This document shows, piece by piece, positions 38,515 to 49,387 of a stretch of DNA of 64,000 nucleotides (position 1 is its first letter; the number at the start of each line of letters is the position of its first letter). The stretch spans positions 25,182 through 89,181 of the IMG/VR virus record IMGVR_UViG_3300014826_000002. One strand, 5' to 3'. The position numbers were made by a program, and so were the translations under genes. Source of the stretch: a virus. Lineage: Duplodnaviria; Caudoviricetes. The notes under the pieces were generated by a model that did not search any database, was not told the DNA's origin, and saw only the letters and a list, made by a program, of their open reading frames with translations.

Positions 38515-40989
38515 CTATCCTTGTCTCACTTCTAATAATGTACTATTGGAGTTATACCCCGTATTCGTAAAATACACATTATACAAAATCTTAGCTCCAT
38601 AGACATCCACATATCCCAAGTCTATAGGGAAACTCTCTAATTCTACTCTCTTAGAATTAATATAAAACTTCAAATTCTGCTCACTTTGAGGGCATGCAAA
38701 GTATAAGCGTGCATTCTTGGTAGCACTAATCAACTTAGTACATGGAATAGTTCTGTACCTATCCTTATACCCCTTAGCTATATAAAAGCTGGTTAATTGA
38801 GAAAGAGCATTGGAATTAATGTCTAACGATTCATCTCTTTCTGCTTTCACGGAACCCTCAGCTCCCTCATACATTATACAGTAAGAACCCGCGTCTTCTA
38901 CTACTCTAAACAATGTATCAGTATAAGGTGAGTAATCAGCATTATAAAGTCTTGTGTATTGCTTAATTTCATCTGACTTGGTATAAACTACGGAATCTCC
39001 ATATACCCAAGCAAACATAGCTTGATTCGAAGCCCCGAAAGTTCCCCAAAATCTATAATTAAATATATCTCCAGCATTAGAATTAATCTGATTAATTATA
39101 TTAAAATTAACAGGGGACTTGCCAAGAAGAATATCCTTGAACTCATCCTTATCAACCCCATCTAAATATCCTAAATCTGTTAAGTTATCTATAGTTTCAG
39201 AAGCTACCAGTTCCTTTAATTCCTCGTCAGGTAATAACTCTTGAGATTCAGTCAATTCTACTATAGGGAATGGAATGTCAAGTCCTGTAGTATTATTCTC
39301 AAAGCCTGTAAGAATATTAGCTATTCTGTTCTGAGGTGCATTAAATGATGAATTAACTCTAGCCACTGTGGGTATCTCCCTTGCTGTTATACCATTCGCT
39401 ACTGCTATAGAATTTAATGAGTCATGCACAGAGAATAAAGAATCAACTAGTGAAGAAACTATGCTTTGTACCTCAAAAGGTACATACTGGTCAATATATT
39501 TACCTACAAGTTCTCTATTAGACGGCTTATCAATCAAGAAGTCTCTTAATGTAATAGCTATGTAATTAGGAAATATCATACTTAATAAAGTATTCATGAT
39601 TGAGTTACCTGTACAAAGCATACTCTGTAGCATTCTAGCTTGCCCATTAAAATCTAGGATAGTTCCGCTTACCGAAAACATTCTTAATAAATTATTCTTA
39701 GTACCCATAAGGAATGACCTAACAGCACTTGTAAAAGTTCCATCCATAATCTGAGCACTTACTGCTAAAGCCACACGAGCATTTGATATAGCATTAATTA
39801 AATCTTGAATAAATTTCTTAGTAACATTTATCTTATTCTCAGGAGCCGTAATATAATTCTCTACATTATTCTTATTATCCCTAGTTACATATACATATGT
39901 AATTATAGTTCCATTTCTGAAGTTAGGTGTGGTAACTATGGTATCAATTAAGTATAAACCTTCTAAAGTGCTATCGGAACCTCCCGTCTTATCCGTTTCT
40001 ACATAGACTAAATCAGTCGGTTTCAACTTGGGGTAATAACCTATGAGCTGCAGACAACCTAACATAGAAGACAGGGACATTAACTTGTTCGTATTATGTG
40101 CATAAGCCTCAACATATGTCTTATGAACGTTCGCACTCTGTATCTTATTTAAAGTTACTCTATTACCAGAACCCGACGTTTCTGATTCCTCGGTAGAAGC
40201 TAGAACAGGAACATTATCATTAACTACATATTCAGGTATCCCCGATGTAGCATTATATATTTCTGTGACTTTATTATAACCAGAGTACAGATTATAAGAA
40301 GGCTTGAAACTCTCAACATTAAAGTTATTCAAATATTGAATTTCATTAGCTGCATTACCCGCAGTAGGCTTGAATCTCCAAACGGGCTCTCCTTCTATTA
40401 TACTGTTATAGCTTCTTACATGAAACTTACCGTACTTATCAAAAGCGAAAAGTGGGAAAGACGGTCTAATATCCATGTGTAATAAAGTATCCACCAAGAA
40501 AGAACTTGTGGTTTCATATGATTGTCTCCAAATAACTTGGTTCTCATTAGTTGAGGTTATATTAGTATCTATCTTATTATTAATATTCGTAAAGTTCTTA
40601 AGAACCTTCTTAGCCACCATTAATGAATTACCTACGTACGCCTTAGACACCTTATCCATCATATAAGTATTGTCCCCTATAAAGCCACCACATTCTATAG
40701 TCCACGTTTCCCCTGAAGGATCTGTATCTTTAGGTGCTCTTAATGGGGACATGACAAAAGTTTCAGCATCCTCTGCAGTCTGTCCTATAGATACTTCTAT
40801 CTGATTGTTCTGCATAAATAGGTCAGCCAAATTCTTATCTAATGTAAAGAAAGATAAGCAAATATAAGGTAATGATGTCCCGGCCGTCTCCACAAGTTGG
40901 AGTTCCTTCATATTATCAAAAGTTAGGATTCCTCTCTGGTCAGAACCCTTAACTCTTATATCTACATATACACTATTCCCTATCTGCAT
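38515..40989 (-). CDS. Baseplate hub (gp27/VgrG-like) protein with C-terminal extension
   Basis: Position upstream of the spike; LKPTDLVYVE...LEGLYLIDTIV resembles the hub C-terminal barrel. Confidence 0.6.
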   Translation of the reverse strand: MQIGNSVYVDIRVKGSDQRGILTFDNMKELQLVETAGTSLPYICLSFFTLDKNLADLFMQNNQIEVSIGQTAEDAETFVMSPLRAPKDTDPSGETWTIECGGFIGDNTYMMDKVSKAYVGNSLMVAKKVLKNFTNINNKIDTNITSTNENQVIWRQSYETTSSFLVDTLLHMDIRPSFPLFAFDKYGKFHVRSYNSIIEGEPVWRFKPTAGNAANEIQYLNNFNVESFKPSYNLYSGYNKVTEIYNATSGIPEYVVNDNVPVLASTEESETSGSGNRVTLNKIQSANVHKTYVEAYAHNTNKLMSLSSMLGCLQLIGYYPKLKPTDLVYVETDKTGGSDSTLEGLYLIDTIVTTPNFRNGTIITYVYVTRDNKNNVENYITAPENKINVTKKFIQDLINAISNARVALAVSAQIMDGTFTSAVRSFLMGTKNNLLRMFSVSGTILDFNGQARMLQSMLCTGNSIMNTLLSMIFPNYIAITLRDFLIDKPSNRELVGKYIDQYVPFEVQSIVSSLVDSLFSVHDSLNSIAVANGITAREIPTVARVNSSFNAPQNRIANILTGFENNTTGLDIPFPIVELTESQELLPDEELKELVASETIDNLTDLGYLDGVDKDEFKDILLGKSPVNFNIINQINSNAGDIFNYRFWGTFGASNQAMFAWVYGDSVVYTKSDEIKQYTRLYNADYSPYTDTLFRVVEDAGSYCIMYEGAEGSVKAERDESLDINSNALSQLTSFYIAKGYKDRYRTIPCTKLISATKNARLYFACPQSEQNLKFYINSKRVELESFPIDLGYVDVYGAKILYNVYFTNTGYNSNSTLLEVRQG

Positions 40990-41336
40990 TAATCTTCACT
41001 CTCTAATTTACTCTTCGTTGATAATGTGTAATAAATCTCGTTTAAGTCTTCTATTGAAAATAACTTAAGAACAGTTCCCTCAGGGAAGGTCTCTCTAAAG
41101 TCATTATTATAGAACTGTATTATATAAGCAAAAAATGGGTCCCCGTATACCTCGGTAGAAATAAGGTCTATTTCCCTAAATCCATCATCTACATGATAAT
41201 ATTGAACAGTAGGTAACTGCATTATCTGAGTTAAAAAGGGGGAGGCTATTACATCATATACATCATTCTCAAAGTTTAAAAACTTTGATATATCAAATCT
41301 CTCTTCACTTGTAAAATTACGCATATAAAAAGTCAT
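40989..41336 (-). CDS. Baseplate wedge gp53-like / LysM-like protein
   Basis: REIDLISTEVYGDP.FAYIIQFYN...GTVLK. Confidence 0.75.
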   Translation of the reverse strand: MTFYMRNFTSEERFDISKFLNFENDVYDVIASPFLTQIMQLPTVQYYHVDDGFREIDLISTEVYGDPFFAYIIQFYNNDFRETFPEGTVLKLFSIEDLNEIYYTLSTKSKLESED

Positions 41337-41355
41337 ACATTATTTCCTTAATTTA

Positions 41356-42330
41356 TTACCAGCTACCCGCAGTCCCTGAAGAACTCCTGCTACCTTCACT
41401 ATCAAAAGTTCCTCCTGAAAAGTTTCCACTGGTTCCCTTACCGCCACTAAATGACGAATTATCTGAAACAGCCCTTCGAGTAATGTTTGGAGGAGCTTCG
41501 GTAGTAGGAGCTGTGTAATTTCCGTAACCAGCTTCCCTACCTCCACTAACTATACTATACATATCATCAACATCTACAGTAAGTAGAGGACGAACCCCTG
41601 TAAATTGAGCACTAACCCTATAATACAAAGGTCTTCTATCGTTACCTCCTTGGTCTGCCACTTCCACAATACTCTCCGTAACACTTATCTTCGATAGGAG
41701 TAAATTCTTGATTATTGACTTTCTTCCAAATTGTAGCTTAATAGAACCTAAGGCATCTCCATTAGAATATAGTTCGTCATGAAGAGTATTAATAGCAGCA
41801 GCTCCTTTACTATTCTCATCAATAAATTTCTCTAAGTTATTCCCAGTGTCGAAATACCTTTTATTTCCCGTTAATATGTCAGCCGCGTACCCCCCATGTA
41901 CTTGTACTTTAAAGTTCTGTCCTACGGTAGCATTTGGGTCTTGGTCTAAGGAGCACATCTTAACTAAATTCTTTAATCCCTCCTCAATTCCAAGCCCTCT
42001 CTTATAATTAATTAAGTAAAATTCCACAGAAACAGTCAACGGACTTGTACCTTTCCAGCACATAGTAGAAGCATTAATCCATGAAAACATACTATTAGAA
42101 CCTATAAGAGAAGCCACATCTTGTAAGTTGGTGATATCGTTGATAACAGGACCCCACTTATTCTGAGCTGAAAAAGAAGGCTCGCTTATCAGTAATCCTC
42201 TTAAAATACTACCTCCTTCAGGATTTGACTTTAAAAAAGACGACTGTGGCATATTAGGCATAGAAATATAAATAGTACTTGGTGAATAACTACTATTTGA
42301 AAATATGCCATCTAAAAATAACTTAGCCAT
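41356..42330 (-). CDS. Tail-tube initiator / baseplate protein (gp48/gp54-like)
   Basis: Context between tape measure and gp53-like genes; WKGTSPL.VSVEFYL. Confidence 0.5.
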   Translation of the reverse strand: MAKLFLDGIFSNSSYSPSTIYISMPNMPQSSFLKSNPEGGSILRGLLISEPSFSAQNKWGPVINDITNLQDVASLIGSNSMFSWINASTMCWKGTSPLTVSVEFYLINYKRGLGIEEGLKNLVKMCSLDQDPNATVGQNFKVQVHGGYAADILTGNKRYFDTGNNLEKFIDENSKGAAAINTLHDELYSNGDALGSIKLQFGRKSIIKNLLLSKISVTESIVEVADQGGNDRRPLYYRVSAQFTGVRPLLTVDVDDMYSIVSGGREAGYGNYTAPTTEAPPNITRRAVSDNSSFSGGKGTSGNFSGGTFDSEGSRSSSGTAGSW

Positions 42331-42344
42331 CTTATATACCTTTC

Positions 42345-44630
42345 TTATGAACCAAAATTAACTACTTTACTTACTACGAACTGTGTCTTTTGATAATCAG
42401 TATTTCCTGTAGGATCAATACCACTTACGTCCACTTGATATCTAGTACCGTTCTTTTGTACCCAATCTCCTGTATTAGTATCTTGCTTATATCCGCGATT
42501 CTTGAGTTCTTGCTCGTACAACTTAAGTAGCTTCTCATTAGTTTCACCCTTATGCTCTTCATTTATCTTATCGTAAGCTTCTTTCTCTAGGTTAGATATA
42601 ACTCCTTGCACTTCTAGAGAGTGCCTTTGTGCTATAGCCTTCTGTTGTGTTGGCAAAATACCCAAAGGGATATGACCGTGCTCATTTGATCCTCCTCTGT
42701 CTTCTATAAGGGGAGTACCTCCGGGAGCAAAACCTGAATTAACAATACCTTGTTGAAACTCATTTAAACCTATCGTTTTACCCTTGTACTTAGGTAAACC
42801 TATGTCAATTACTGTTCCAGAAGATCCAAAATGGGAAGCCAGTCCAGAAGTATACGTATGGGGCGACATAGCCACACCTTGAGTTCCTAGTGTTCCTATA
42901 CCTCCTTGTAATAAAACATTAGACACGTCGTAACCCTTTGAAGACCAGTGGCGACGCATTTTCATGAGAGCGTCAACTGTTCCACGTGCTACTAAGGCTC
43001 CCCCTGTCTCTTTATCGAAGGCATCCGTCCTGAAGGCTCCTTGTCGAGTTAGACCAGCAGGTGCTATTTCATAATAACTATTACTTCCCTTTTGTTGTAT
43101 ATCCGCCTTAATAACTTCTGAAGCTCTCCTCTGGGTCATTCGTCCTAAGTTTAATATTTGACCCATAGGACCATACACGGGTTGTTCTTTATCCGCTCGT
43201 GCCCAATCTTCTGCAGTCATCTTTTTAGGATCTAAGTGCCTGTTAACTCCAGGAATCTTATGCTTTCCTTCGAGTAACTGTGATGATATATACCCCTTCT
43301 TATTGCTTCCATGCCAAAATTGAGCAGATACGTCTGCTCTATTTTGACGCTCCTCGTTTCCTCCGTGGCCCGGTAAACTGTCTATTATATTCCTAATCCA
43401 TCCAACAATAGGACTAAATAATGAAAAGAAATCTAACACCTTATCATAGAAAACTTGATTTTCTTTATAATGCCTTTCTATCTTATCCCAGTTTTTCCAA
43501 ATAGCCCCTACGGCTACGGCAATTCCCCCAACAGCTGCTGCTATAACGGCAACTGGTGCTAAAGGGCCTGCTATGAGAGCCGCTATAGCCGCCACTCCTA
43601 AACCACCAGCTCCTAGTCCAAAAACTCCTGCTTGGCCTTTATTTCCCTTTTTCCATGAGTCTGTTGCTTCTTTACCAGCCCAGATAGCTCCTGCTCCATA
43701 CAGGAGGGAAGGTGCCATCTTACCTGCGGCTACCGCCTTCTGAGTACCTGTACCTGCTGTAACAAATTCAGCTAATGGACCTCCCGCTTTCATTGAAGCA
43801 TTAAGGGCTGCCCCCCAGACACCTTTTCCTATTCCACCGAGCATATTGCCAAAGAATCGGAGAGAACCTGTAAAGATACTAGCCATGCCTTTAAGAAGTC
43901 CATTAATAAGTAATGGACCCGCTGTAGTCATTGCTACATAAAAGGCTCCACCTAATATTCTTCCGAATTGTCCAAACTGCGTAAGCCAGTTGGCTCCGAG
44001 AAGTCCTACCAGTGCAAAGGTATCTCTTAAAGCCCCACCTACGAACTTACTCTTTTCTAAGCCGTCTATTAAATCTCCTATTAATGACTTATTCTTCTTA
44101 TCTTTCTGCTTATTCTCATCTTTAAAAAAGCTCATCAGCTTGTCAGTGACACCTTCAAGCTTAACCCCCATTCGTTCGGCTAAATCCTTGAAAATACCAC
44201 TTAGCTTGTCGTTATCTAAGACTTTCTTGAAAATACCATTCTTATCTCCGCGCTGCTCAGCTTTCATAGATTGAAGTAAGGCGCTCGTAAACATGTTAGA
44301 TAAGCCTTTCAAAAGCTTCTCTGTTTCTAGGCTTTCCCCAGCACCTATTCTACCTTCTAAAGAACGTTGAAGCTGCATAATCTGCTTATTGAACTCAGTA
44401 GACTTCAATTCATAAGAAGCTACAAAAGTCTTAAAGTATCCAATAGTAGCTTTAAGTTCATCCTTAGTCATCCTACTCGTGTCACCTATCTTACCTACTT
44501 GGGCTGAGAAATTCTCTAAGAGCTTCGTGTAGGCACTAGTACTTACAGGGTCAATAGAAACCCCATTATCCATAATTCCTTCTAAAAGGCGAGTTATATA
44601 AACTAAGCTATCATTAAAATCGTCTGCCAT
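42345..44630 (-). CDS. Tape-measure-like protein with candidate C-terminal M15-like peptidase
   Basis: Helical N-terminus, Gly/Ala-rich hydrophobic middle, SHFGSSGTVID...EHGH near the C-terminus. Confidence 0.65.
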   Translation of the reverse strand: MADDFNDSLVYITRLLEGIMDNGVSIDPVSTSAYTKLLENFSAQVGKIGDTSRMTKDELKATIGYFKTFVASYELKSTEFNKQIMQLQRSLEGRIGAGESLETEKLLKGLSNMFTSALLQSMKAEQRGDKNGIFKKVLDNDKLSGIFKDLAERMGVKLEGVTDKLMSFFKDENKQKDKKNKSLIGDLIDGLEKSKFVGGALRDTFALVGLLGANWLTQFGQFGRILGGAFYVAMTTAGPLLINGLLKGMASIFTGSLRFFGNMLGGIGKGVWGAALNASMKAGGPLAEFVTAGTGTQKAVAAGKMAPSLLYGAGAIWAGKEATDSWKKGNKGQAGVFGLGAGGLGVAAIAALIAGPLAPVAVIAAAVGGIAVAVGAIWKNWDKIERHYKENQVFYDKVLDFFSLFSPIVGWIRNIIDSLPGHGGNEERQNRADVSAQFWHGSNKKGYISSQLLEGKHKIPGVNRHLDPKKMTAEDWARADKEQPVYGPMGQILNLGRMTQRRASEVIKADIQQKGSNSYYEIAPAGLTRQGAFRTDAFDKETGGALVARGTVDALMKMRRHWSSKGYDVSNVLLQGGIGTLGTQGVAMSPHTYTSGLASHFGSSGTVIDIGLPKYKGKTIGLNEFQQGIVNSGFAPGGTPLIEDRGGSNEHGHIPLGILPTQQKAIAQRHSLEVQGVISNLEKEAYDKINEEHKGETNEKLLKLYEQELKNRGYKQDTNTGDWVQKNGTRYQVDVSGIDPTGNTDYQKTQFVVSKVVNFGS

Positions 44631-44668
44631 GTTAACCTTTACTTACAGTATCTAATTATATAATTTAA

Positions 44669-44935
44669 TTAGATGGCTCCATTCCCCATACTTTTCTCAA
44701 GAGTTTCTTTCTGAGCCTTAGATTCAAGACCTATCTTAATTTCAATAAAGTCCTTCATACTTAATTCTATAAGTTCCGTATAAGAACCCCAGCCTTTCTC
44801 AACATAATAGCTAATATTCTCAAAGAAACTTAACCTATCAAAAGGTTCTCCATAAGTAATAAAATGGTAAACAGGGTAAAATCCTTCAGGTGAATAACCT
44901 CGACCATTACTGTTGAAAGTTGGATGTAGGGCTAA
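44669..44935 (-). CDS. gp51-like chaperone C-terminal frame lacking a canonical start (probable frameshift product)
   Basis: 88 open codons; no in-frame ATG/GTG/TTG until the last 29; FDRLSFFENISYYVEKGWGSYTELIELSMKDFIEIKIGL resembles T4-like gp51. Confidence 0.6.
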   Translation of the reverse strand, partial: LALHPTFNSNGRGYSPEGFYPVYHFITYGEPFDRLSFFENISYYVEKGWGSYTELIELSMKDFIEIKIGLESKAQKETLEKSMGNGAI

Positions 44936-45659
44936 CTACAACCTCCGTTTCTCTTCCGCAAGATTCACACATTAATGTAAAAGGTTCTACTTTAATAATG
45001 GTTTCATCTACAATCTGTTTCAGAAGCTTCTTATCCTTGGCCATACATAAGTTCTCTATATATCCTTTTAAGAAAGAATTCCTATCCTTATCATTCTTAA
45101 AAGTTCTACCTACTACTTCTCTTATACAACCACACATATAATCTGTATACATCGAAGATAAAGCACTCTTCTTATCTGAATGATTTCTAAATTCTCTGCT
45201 CATACTTATATATTCAGAAATTGTGATAGGAGATACAGCTACCTCTAATTCATCCTCTGTACCTTCGCCAAAAATAAAATGCTTTCCAAAAATATCCTTC
45301 TTAAATTCTGTGAAAGATATCTGGTCCATTGTAAATTCATATGAGAACTTATGGTTGCAATCAGGGTATATACATTTACAGTCGTCTATTCTAATTACAT
45401 CTTTAGTATCGAAAGAAAATAATCTCCTAACAATATCCATGAACTGTACATCTGAATGAAGTAGATTTCTCTTATTAAAATCACCATGAATTGTGATTCC
45501 ATTAAGAATCATATTGAAATATTCAGCATCAGATATGCCATACCTCTCCATATCTATCTGTTCCTTAATAGATAAAGGTTTAACGTAAATCTCTATATCT
45601 TGTGGGTAGCTGTATCCTTTAGAAGGAAGCTGCCATAAGTCTACTCTCTGTCCATCCAT
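44907..45659 (-). CDS. gp26-like baseplate hub / tail assembly chaperone
   Basis: LPSKG.SY...VKPLSIKEQ...C..PDC...CESCG; preceded by TTGACA-N17-TATAAT. Confidence 0.8.
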   Translation of the reverse strand: MDGQRVDLWQLPSKGYSYPQDIEIYVKPLSIKEQIDMERYGISDAEYFNMILNGITIHGDFNKRNLLHSDVQFMDIVRRLFSFDTKDVIRIDDCKCIYPDCNHKFSYEFTMDQISFTEFKKDIFGKHFIFGEGTEDELEVAVSPITISEYISMSREFRNHSDKKSALSSMYTDYMCGCIREVVGRTFKNDKDRNSFLKGYIENLCMAKDKKLLKQIVDETIIKVEPFTLMCESCGRETEVVVSPTSNFQQ

Positions 45660-45728
45660 AAAGTATTATTTCCTCTCTCTTATACTATTTATAAATTCAT
45701 TATACTATTACTATTGAAAATTGTCAAA

Positions 45729-46487
45729 TTAATATCTAGGAGTAACTCCTGTAGCATAAACTTCTGCAAAAGCTGTAGCTCCTGGCCCATTACCCCCGCC
45801 ACCATGGTCAACTATAGGAACCTCAAATCCCTTTCCATCGCCTGTAGCACATGTAGCTCCATCACCAACACATACTAAACTGAAATTAAGAAGCTTAGCA
45901 TCATTAGCACTGTAATCCCTAGAAACTGACACGGCTCCAGAAGGAATAACATACATGGTCTTAACCAGAGTTTCTTTCCCTTTAACATCATAACCCCTAT
46001 AAATAAGTTTCTTGACTATATCATCCATGTAAGCTACATATCTCCCTTTAGGAAAACATTGACTTTCCCAGACTCTTAATTGGTTCTCTAACCTATTACT
46101 GTCAATATCATAGCAAGCCAGTGATATAGTACTTACTCTCTTTCTATTCAATAAAGGAAAGTCTCCAAAGATAGCTAAAGGAATACTCATATTCTCATAA
46201 CTAGTGTAGTTTAAATTAATAGACTTAACAGGGAGAAACTTCGAAAAAGAACCATAAGGAGTTCTGTATCTCTCAAATTCTCCACTACCTAATTCTACTG
46301 TAAAATGATGGCTCTGGGCTATATCCTGTAAAAATATTCCATCATTAATAGGGGTACTTGGTACTGGGTTCTCAGTCTTCTCAATACCTCCTGTTAGTAC
46401 ATATTCCACTTCAGGATTTACGAAATTTACACCTGTACCACCAACATAATTATCAACAGCTCTTGAAATAGGGGAATTACTTGACAA
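45729..46487 (-). CDS. Tail-tube-like baseplate protein
   Basis: Context downstream of the tube gene; tube-like pattern SHHFTVE...W..Q.FP. Confidence 0.55.
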   Translation of the reverse strand: MSSNSPISRAVDNYVGGTGVNFVNPEVEYVLTGGIEKTENPVPSTPINDGIFLQDIAQSHHFTVELGSGEFERYRTPYGSFSKFLPVKSINLNYTSYENMSIPLAIFGDFPLLNRKRVSTISLACYDIDSNRLENQLRVWESQCFPKGRYVAYMDDIVKKLIYRGYDVKGKETLVKTMYVIPSGAVSVSRDYSANDAKLLNFSLVCVGDGATCATGDGKGFEVPIVDHGGGGNGPGATAFAEVYATGVTPRY

Positions 46488-46587
46488 TATTAAAAGTTCC
46501 TTTCAACATATAATTTAATAAAAAGGGAAGCTATTAAGCATAACTTCCCAAAGAACATATTGCATATACACCGAACATTAAAATATA

Positions 46588-47145
46588 TTAGCTTGCTGAT
46601 CTTAAAAGAACACCGTTACCATTCTTAACTTCATAATTGTCATAGTAGAATGTACAGTTAACTTTAATTAAGTCATTTGATTCAGAACTTAAAGTACCAT
46701 AGTTACAATCTGTAACTTGTGCTCTTAATAATCTAAAGATGTACTTAATAGAGTCATCTTCACCTTTAGCATAGATATAGATACCACTTGTACAGTAGTT
46801 TCTCTTACCCATGTTTGTACCTTTGTTCAAATCATATGTAGCAAGAGCCCATTTCTCTAATAGCTTGTAAATTGAACCGTTACCTGCAGTTGTTGGAACT
46901 ACGAAGGTCATAGAAATAGGTCTAGTTGTTCTCTTACCTGCTTGATAGTTCTTCATGCCGCCCGGTAGATGCCATGTAATAGGGTCGCCAGGAGCTGCTG
47001 GAAGGTCACAGTTCTGAATATAACCTGTAACATCTTCAGTAAGACCTAAAGCTGAGTTAGCCTCATCCGCTGCTATGTGGATTTGAAACCTAAATGTTGT
47101 TTGAATATCCGTTTTCGCCGTTTGGTCGAGGGAATACGCTACCAT
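46588..47145 (-). CDS. Tail tube protein (gp19-like)
   Basis: FRFQI...CDLP...ITW...AGKRT..PISMTF...W...G.RNY...TFYYD; follows the sheath gene. Confidence 0.88.
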   Translation of the reverse strand: MVAYSLDQTAKTDIQTTFRFQIHIAADEANSALGLTEDVTGYIQNCDLPAAPGDPITWHLPGGMKNYQAGKRTTRPISMTFVVPTTAGNGSIYKLLEKWALATYDLNKGTNMGKRNYCTSGIYIYAKGEDDSIKYIFRLLRAQVTDCNYGTLSSESNDLIKVNCTFYYDNYEVKNGNGVLLRSAS

Positions 47146-47239
47146 CTTATATCATTCCTCCTTATTATCTTGTTCTTGTTAATGTTTCATTATATAATTT
47201 AATATTCTCTTTATAATATTCGAAAGTAGCTCCATACTT

Positions 47240-47270
47240 AAAAGAAAAGGGAGATAATAACTTATCTCCC
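47240..47270 (-). terminator. Rho-independent terminator after the sheath gene
   Basis: gggagataa-N4-ttatctccc with a U-rich tract on the minus strand. Confidence 0.75.
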
Positions 47271-47293
47271 CATAACTATTTTAATTAAACAGA

Positions 47294-49387
47294 TTACATA
47301 GACTGTAATATACTAAAATCAAATGACGCATTTACAATGTTCATCACTAGGTAGATACGGTTACTATAAACTGTAGGAGCTATAGTTAACAAGTATCTTA
47401 AAGTTTCATTAGCAATGTCTGCATCAGAACTTACGTCTTTGAATGTGTAATTATAGAAACGATTACCTACCATCGGACTCAAGTAGTCATTTACATTATC
47501 TAAAATGTCTCTTCTTAAGTCATTAGTAATAGGTAAATTCAAGTACTCTTTCAAATTAGTAGCAAGAGTTTCCTTGATGTTCAAAACGTTCATTACAGCA
47601 CCTATATTTCTCATTACAGAATTAGCTACTTGTAATGTGTTCTGAGTCTGCATGTAATATCTTCCAACTTTACCATCATAGGCTATGTAATTAACTGAAG
47701 CATCATTTAACAGCTGAGCCTCACCACTCATGTCACCTATCTTCCAATCGCAAGTTACATCAGAAACTAAGCCATTTCTAGGACCTGCATAAGCATACGG
47801 ATAATTCAAGTTGTTAATAACATTCAACCATCCAGCTATAGCTACTGAGTCAGCTCCTATTTCAATAGTTCTATTATTAAAGATATCCGCTGTCTTAACA
47901 TGAGGAGCATACATACATCCATAGAAAGAAGTATTAGCTAGAGTATTCTTCTTATAATCTACAATGTTCTGAGCTCTTGTAGAAGGAAGAGTTGCTTTCT
48001 CATCAGCTTTACGAGAGTTCAAGAATACCATCATATCTTTTCTTTCTACAGCTAACTGGATAGCTGCTTGTTGGAATAAAGCTGTTTCTGCTTCTGTAGA
48101 ACAACCATTACCTAATAATGAAATAGGAATAGTCTTATCTGCAAAAACATTTAAAGCTGCTGTCATTGTAGCTGAATTAATTTCGCCACCGTTAGAACCA
48201 CCACTAGCTTGGATAGGAGCTCCTGCCAAAGTTGAATTAGGAACTTCTGTATTAGCTGGGTTATTAATAACTTTAATATAAGCTGAACCAGCAACTACGT
48301 CATCTACGAAAAGAAGTGATCCGTCAATAGCTTTAGCTTCTGGGTCTCTACTAAATAAGAAAGATTCTAATACTTCGTTAGTTTCAGTATTAATAACTCC
48401 AAATTCCATTGTATCGAATGTACATGGTTTATCAAATATACCTGTAGCACCCTTATAATAAACTAAGCTATCTTTATTATCCAACGCAGAAAGGATAGTG
48501 AATGCTTCTTTACCATTATAAGCACCTGGGTTAATTCCTGTTACAAGCATTAAATCTTCATCTGTAAAGAAATTAGCAAAGGCTTCAGGATTAACCAAGC
48601 TATTAAAGTAAATAGCACCATCAGCACCGTCAATTACAGCTTCTTTAACAACTACTTTAGTCTTATTAGCTTCAAGGTCAAATTCAGCAGAAACAACTGT
48701 GAAATCTCCGTTATTAGAAGCATATGCAGCTTCCGTAGAACCTTTAACTGTTACTACGTCATTAGCCGTAAACTTAGCTGCTACATTACCGCTTAAATAA
48801 AAAGCATTTTCTGCAGCTACAGCAGAGGATATGTCAGCTATCTTTATGTTATTCAAAGGAGCTATAGGAGCCCTGAATAACTTAGCTTCTTCTGAAGTAC
48901 CTGCATAGTCTTCAGTAATGTCTCCTGTAACTGTTACTACATTACCTTCTACGGCTTTAACTACATAATAACCATCTGCTACGTTAGTACCGTTAACTAC
49001 TACAATTTCACCAACTTCTGGAACTTCTCCATCAATAGTAATAGTTTCATCTGCCTTAGATACAGCTGTAACTTTACCAAATTCCTTAGCTTTCTTAATT
49101 ACGGCTCCACCGTACAAAGGGTTATTGGCTGCTCTTACTATATACATTGAATTAGTCTGAGCTAATACTTTCAAGATTGAATGAAAAGTAGGATCATCTG
49201 ACTGTTTAGGAGCTCCTGAGAAAGTATACTTAGTTAAAAAATCTGTAGGATTAGTAACTAAATTAAATTCATTAACGGGACCTCTTTCAGCTTTCAAGAC
49301 ATAACCTACGTTTAAGGATTGTGCTCCTTCTGGGAGCTGTGACATGTCATTCAGAGAAACATATACACCTGGTAATACTCTTGTCAT
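47294..49387 (-). CDS. Tail sheath protein (gp18-like)
   Basis: PGVYVSLND...GPVN...F...Y...AGPRNG...VMRNIG. Confidence 0.95.
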   Translation of the reverse strand: MTRVLPGVYVSLNDMSQLPEGAQSLNVGYVLKAERGPVNEFNLVTNPTDFLTKYTFSGAPKQSDDPTFHSILKVLAQTNSMYIVRAANNPLYGGAVIKKAKEFGKVTAVSKADETITIDGEVPEVGEIVVVNGTNVADGYYVVKAVEGNVVTVTGDITEDYAGTSEEAKLFRAPIAPLNNIKIADISSAVAAENAFYLSGNVAAKFTANDVVTVKGSTEAAYASNNGDFTVVSAEFDLEANKTKVVVKEAVIDGADGAIYFNSLVNPEAFANFFTDEDLMLVTGINPGAYNGKEAFTILSALDNKDSLVYYKGATGIFDKPCTFDTMEFGVINTETNEVLESFLFSRDPEAKAIDGSLLFVDDVVAGSAYIKVINNPANTEVPNSTLAGAPIQASGGSNGGEINSATMTAALNVFADKTIPISLLGNGCSTEAETALFQQAAIQLAVERKDMMVFLNSRKADEKATLPSTRAQNIVDYKKNTLANTSFYGCMYAPHVKTADIFNNRTIEIGADSVAIAGWLNVINNLNYPYAYAGPRNGLVSDVTCDWKIGDMSGEAQLLNDASVNYIAYDGKVGRYYMQTQNTLQVANSVMRNIGAVMNVLNIKETLATNLKEYLNLPITNDLRRDILDNVNDYLSPMVGNRFYNYTFKDVSSDADIANETLRYLLTIAPTVYSNRIYLVMNIVNASFDFSILQSM

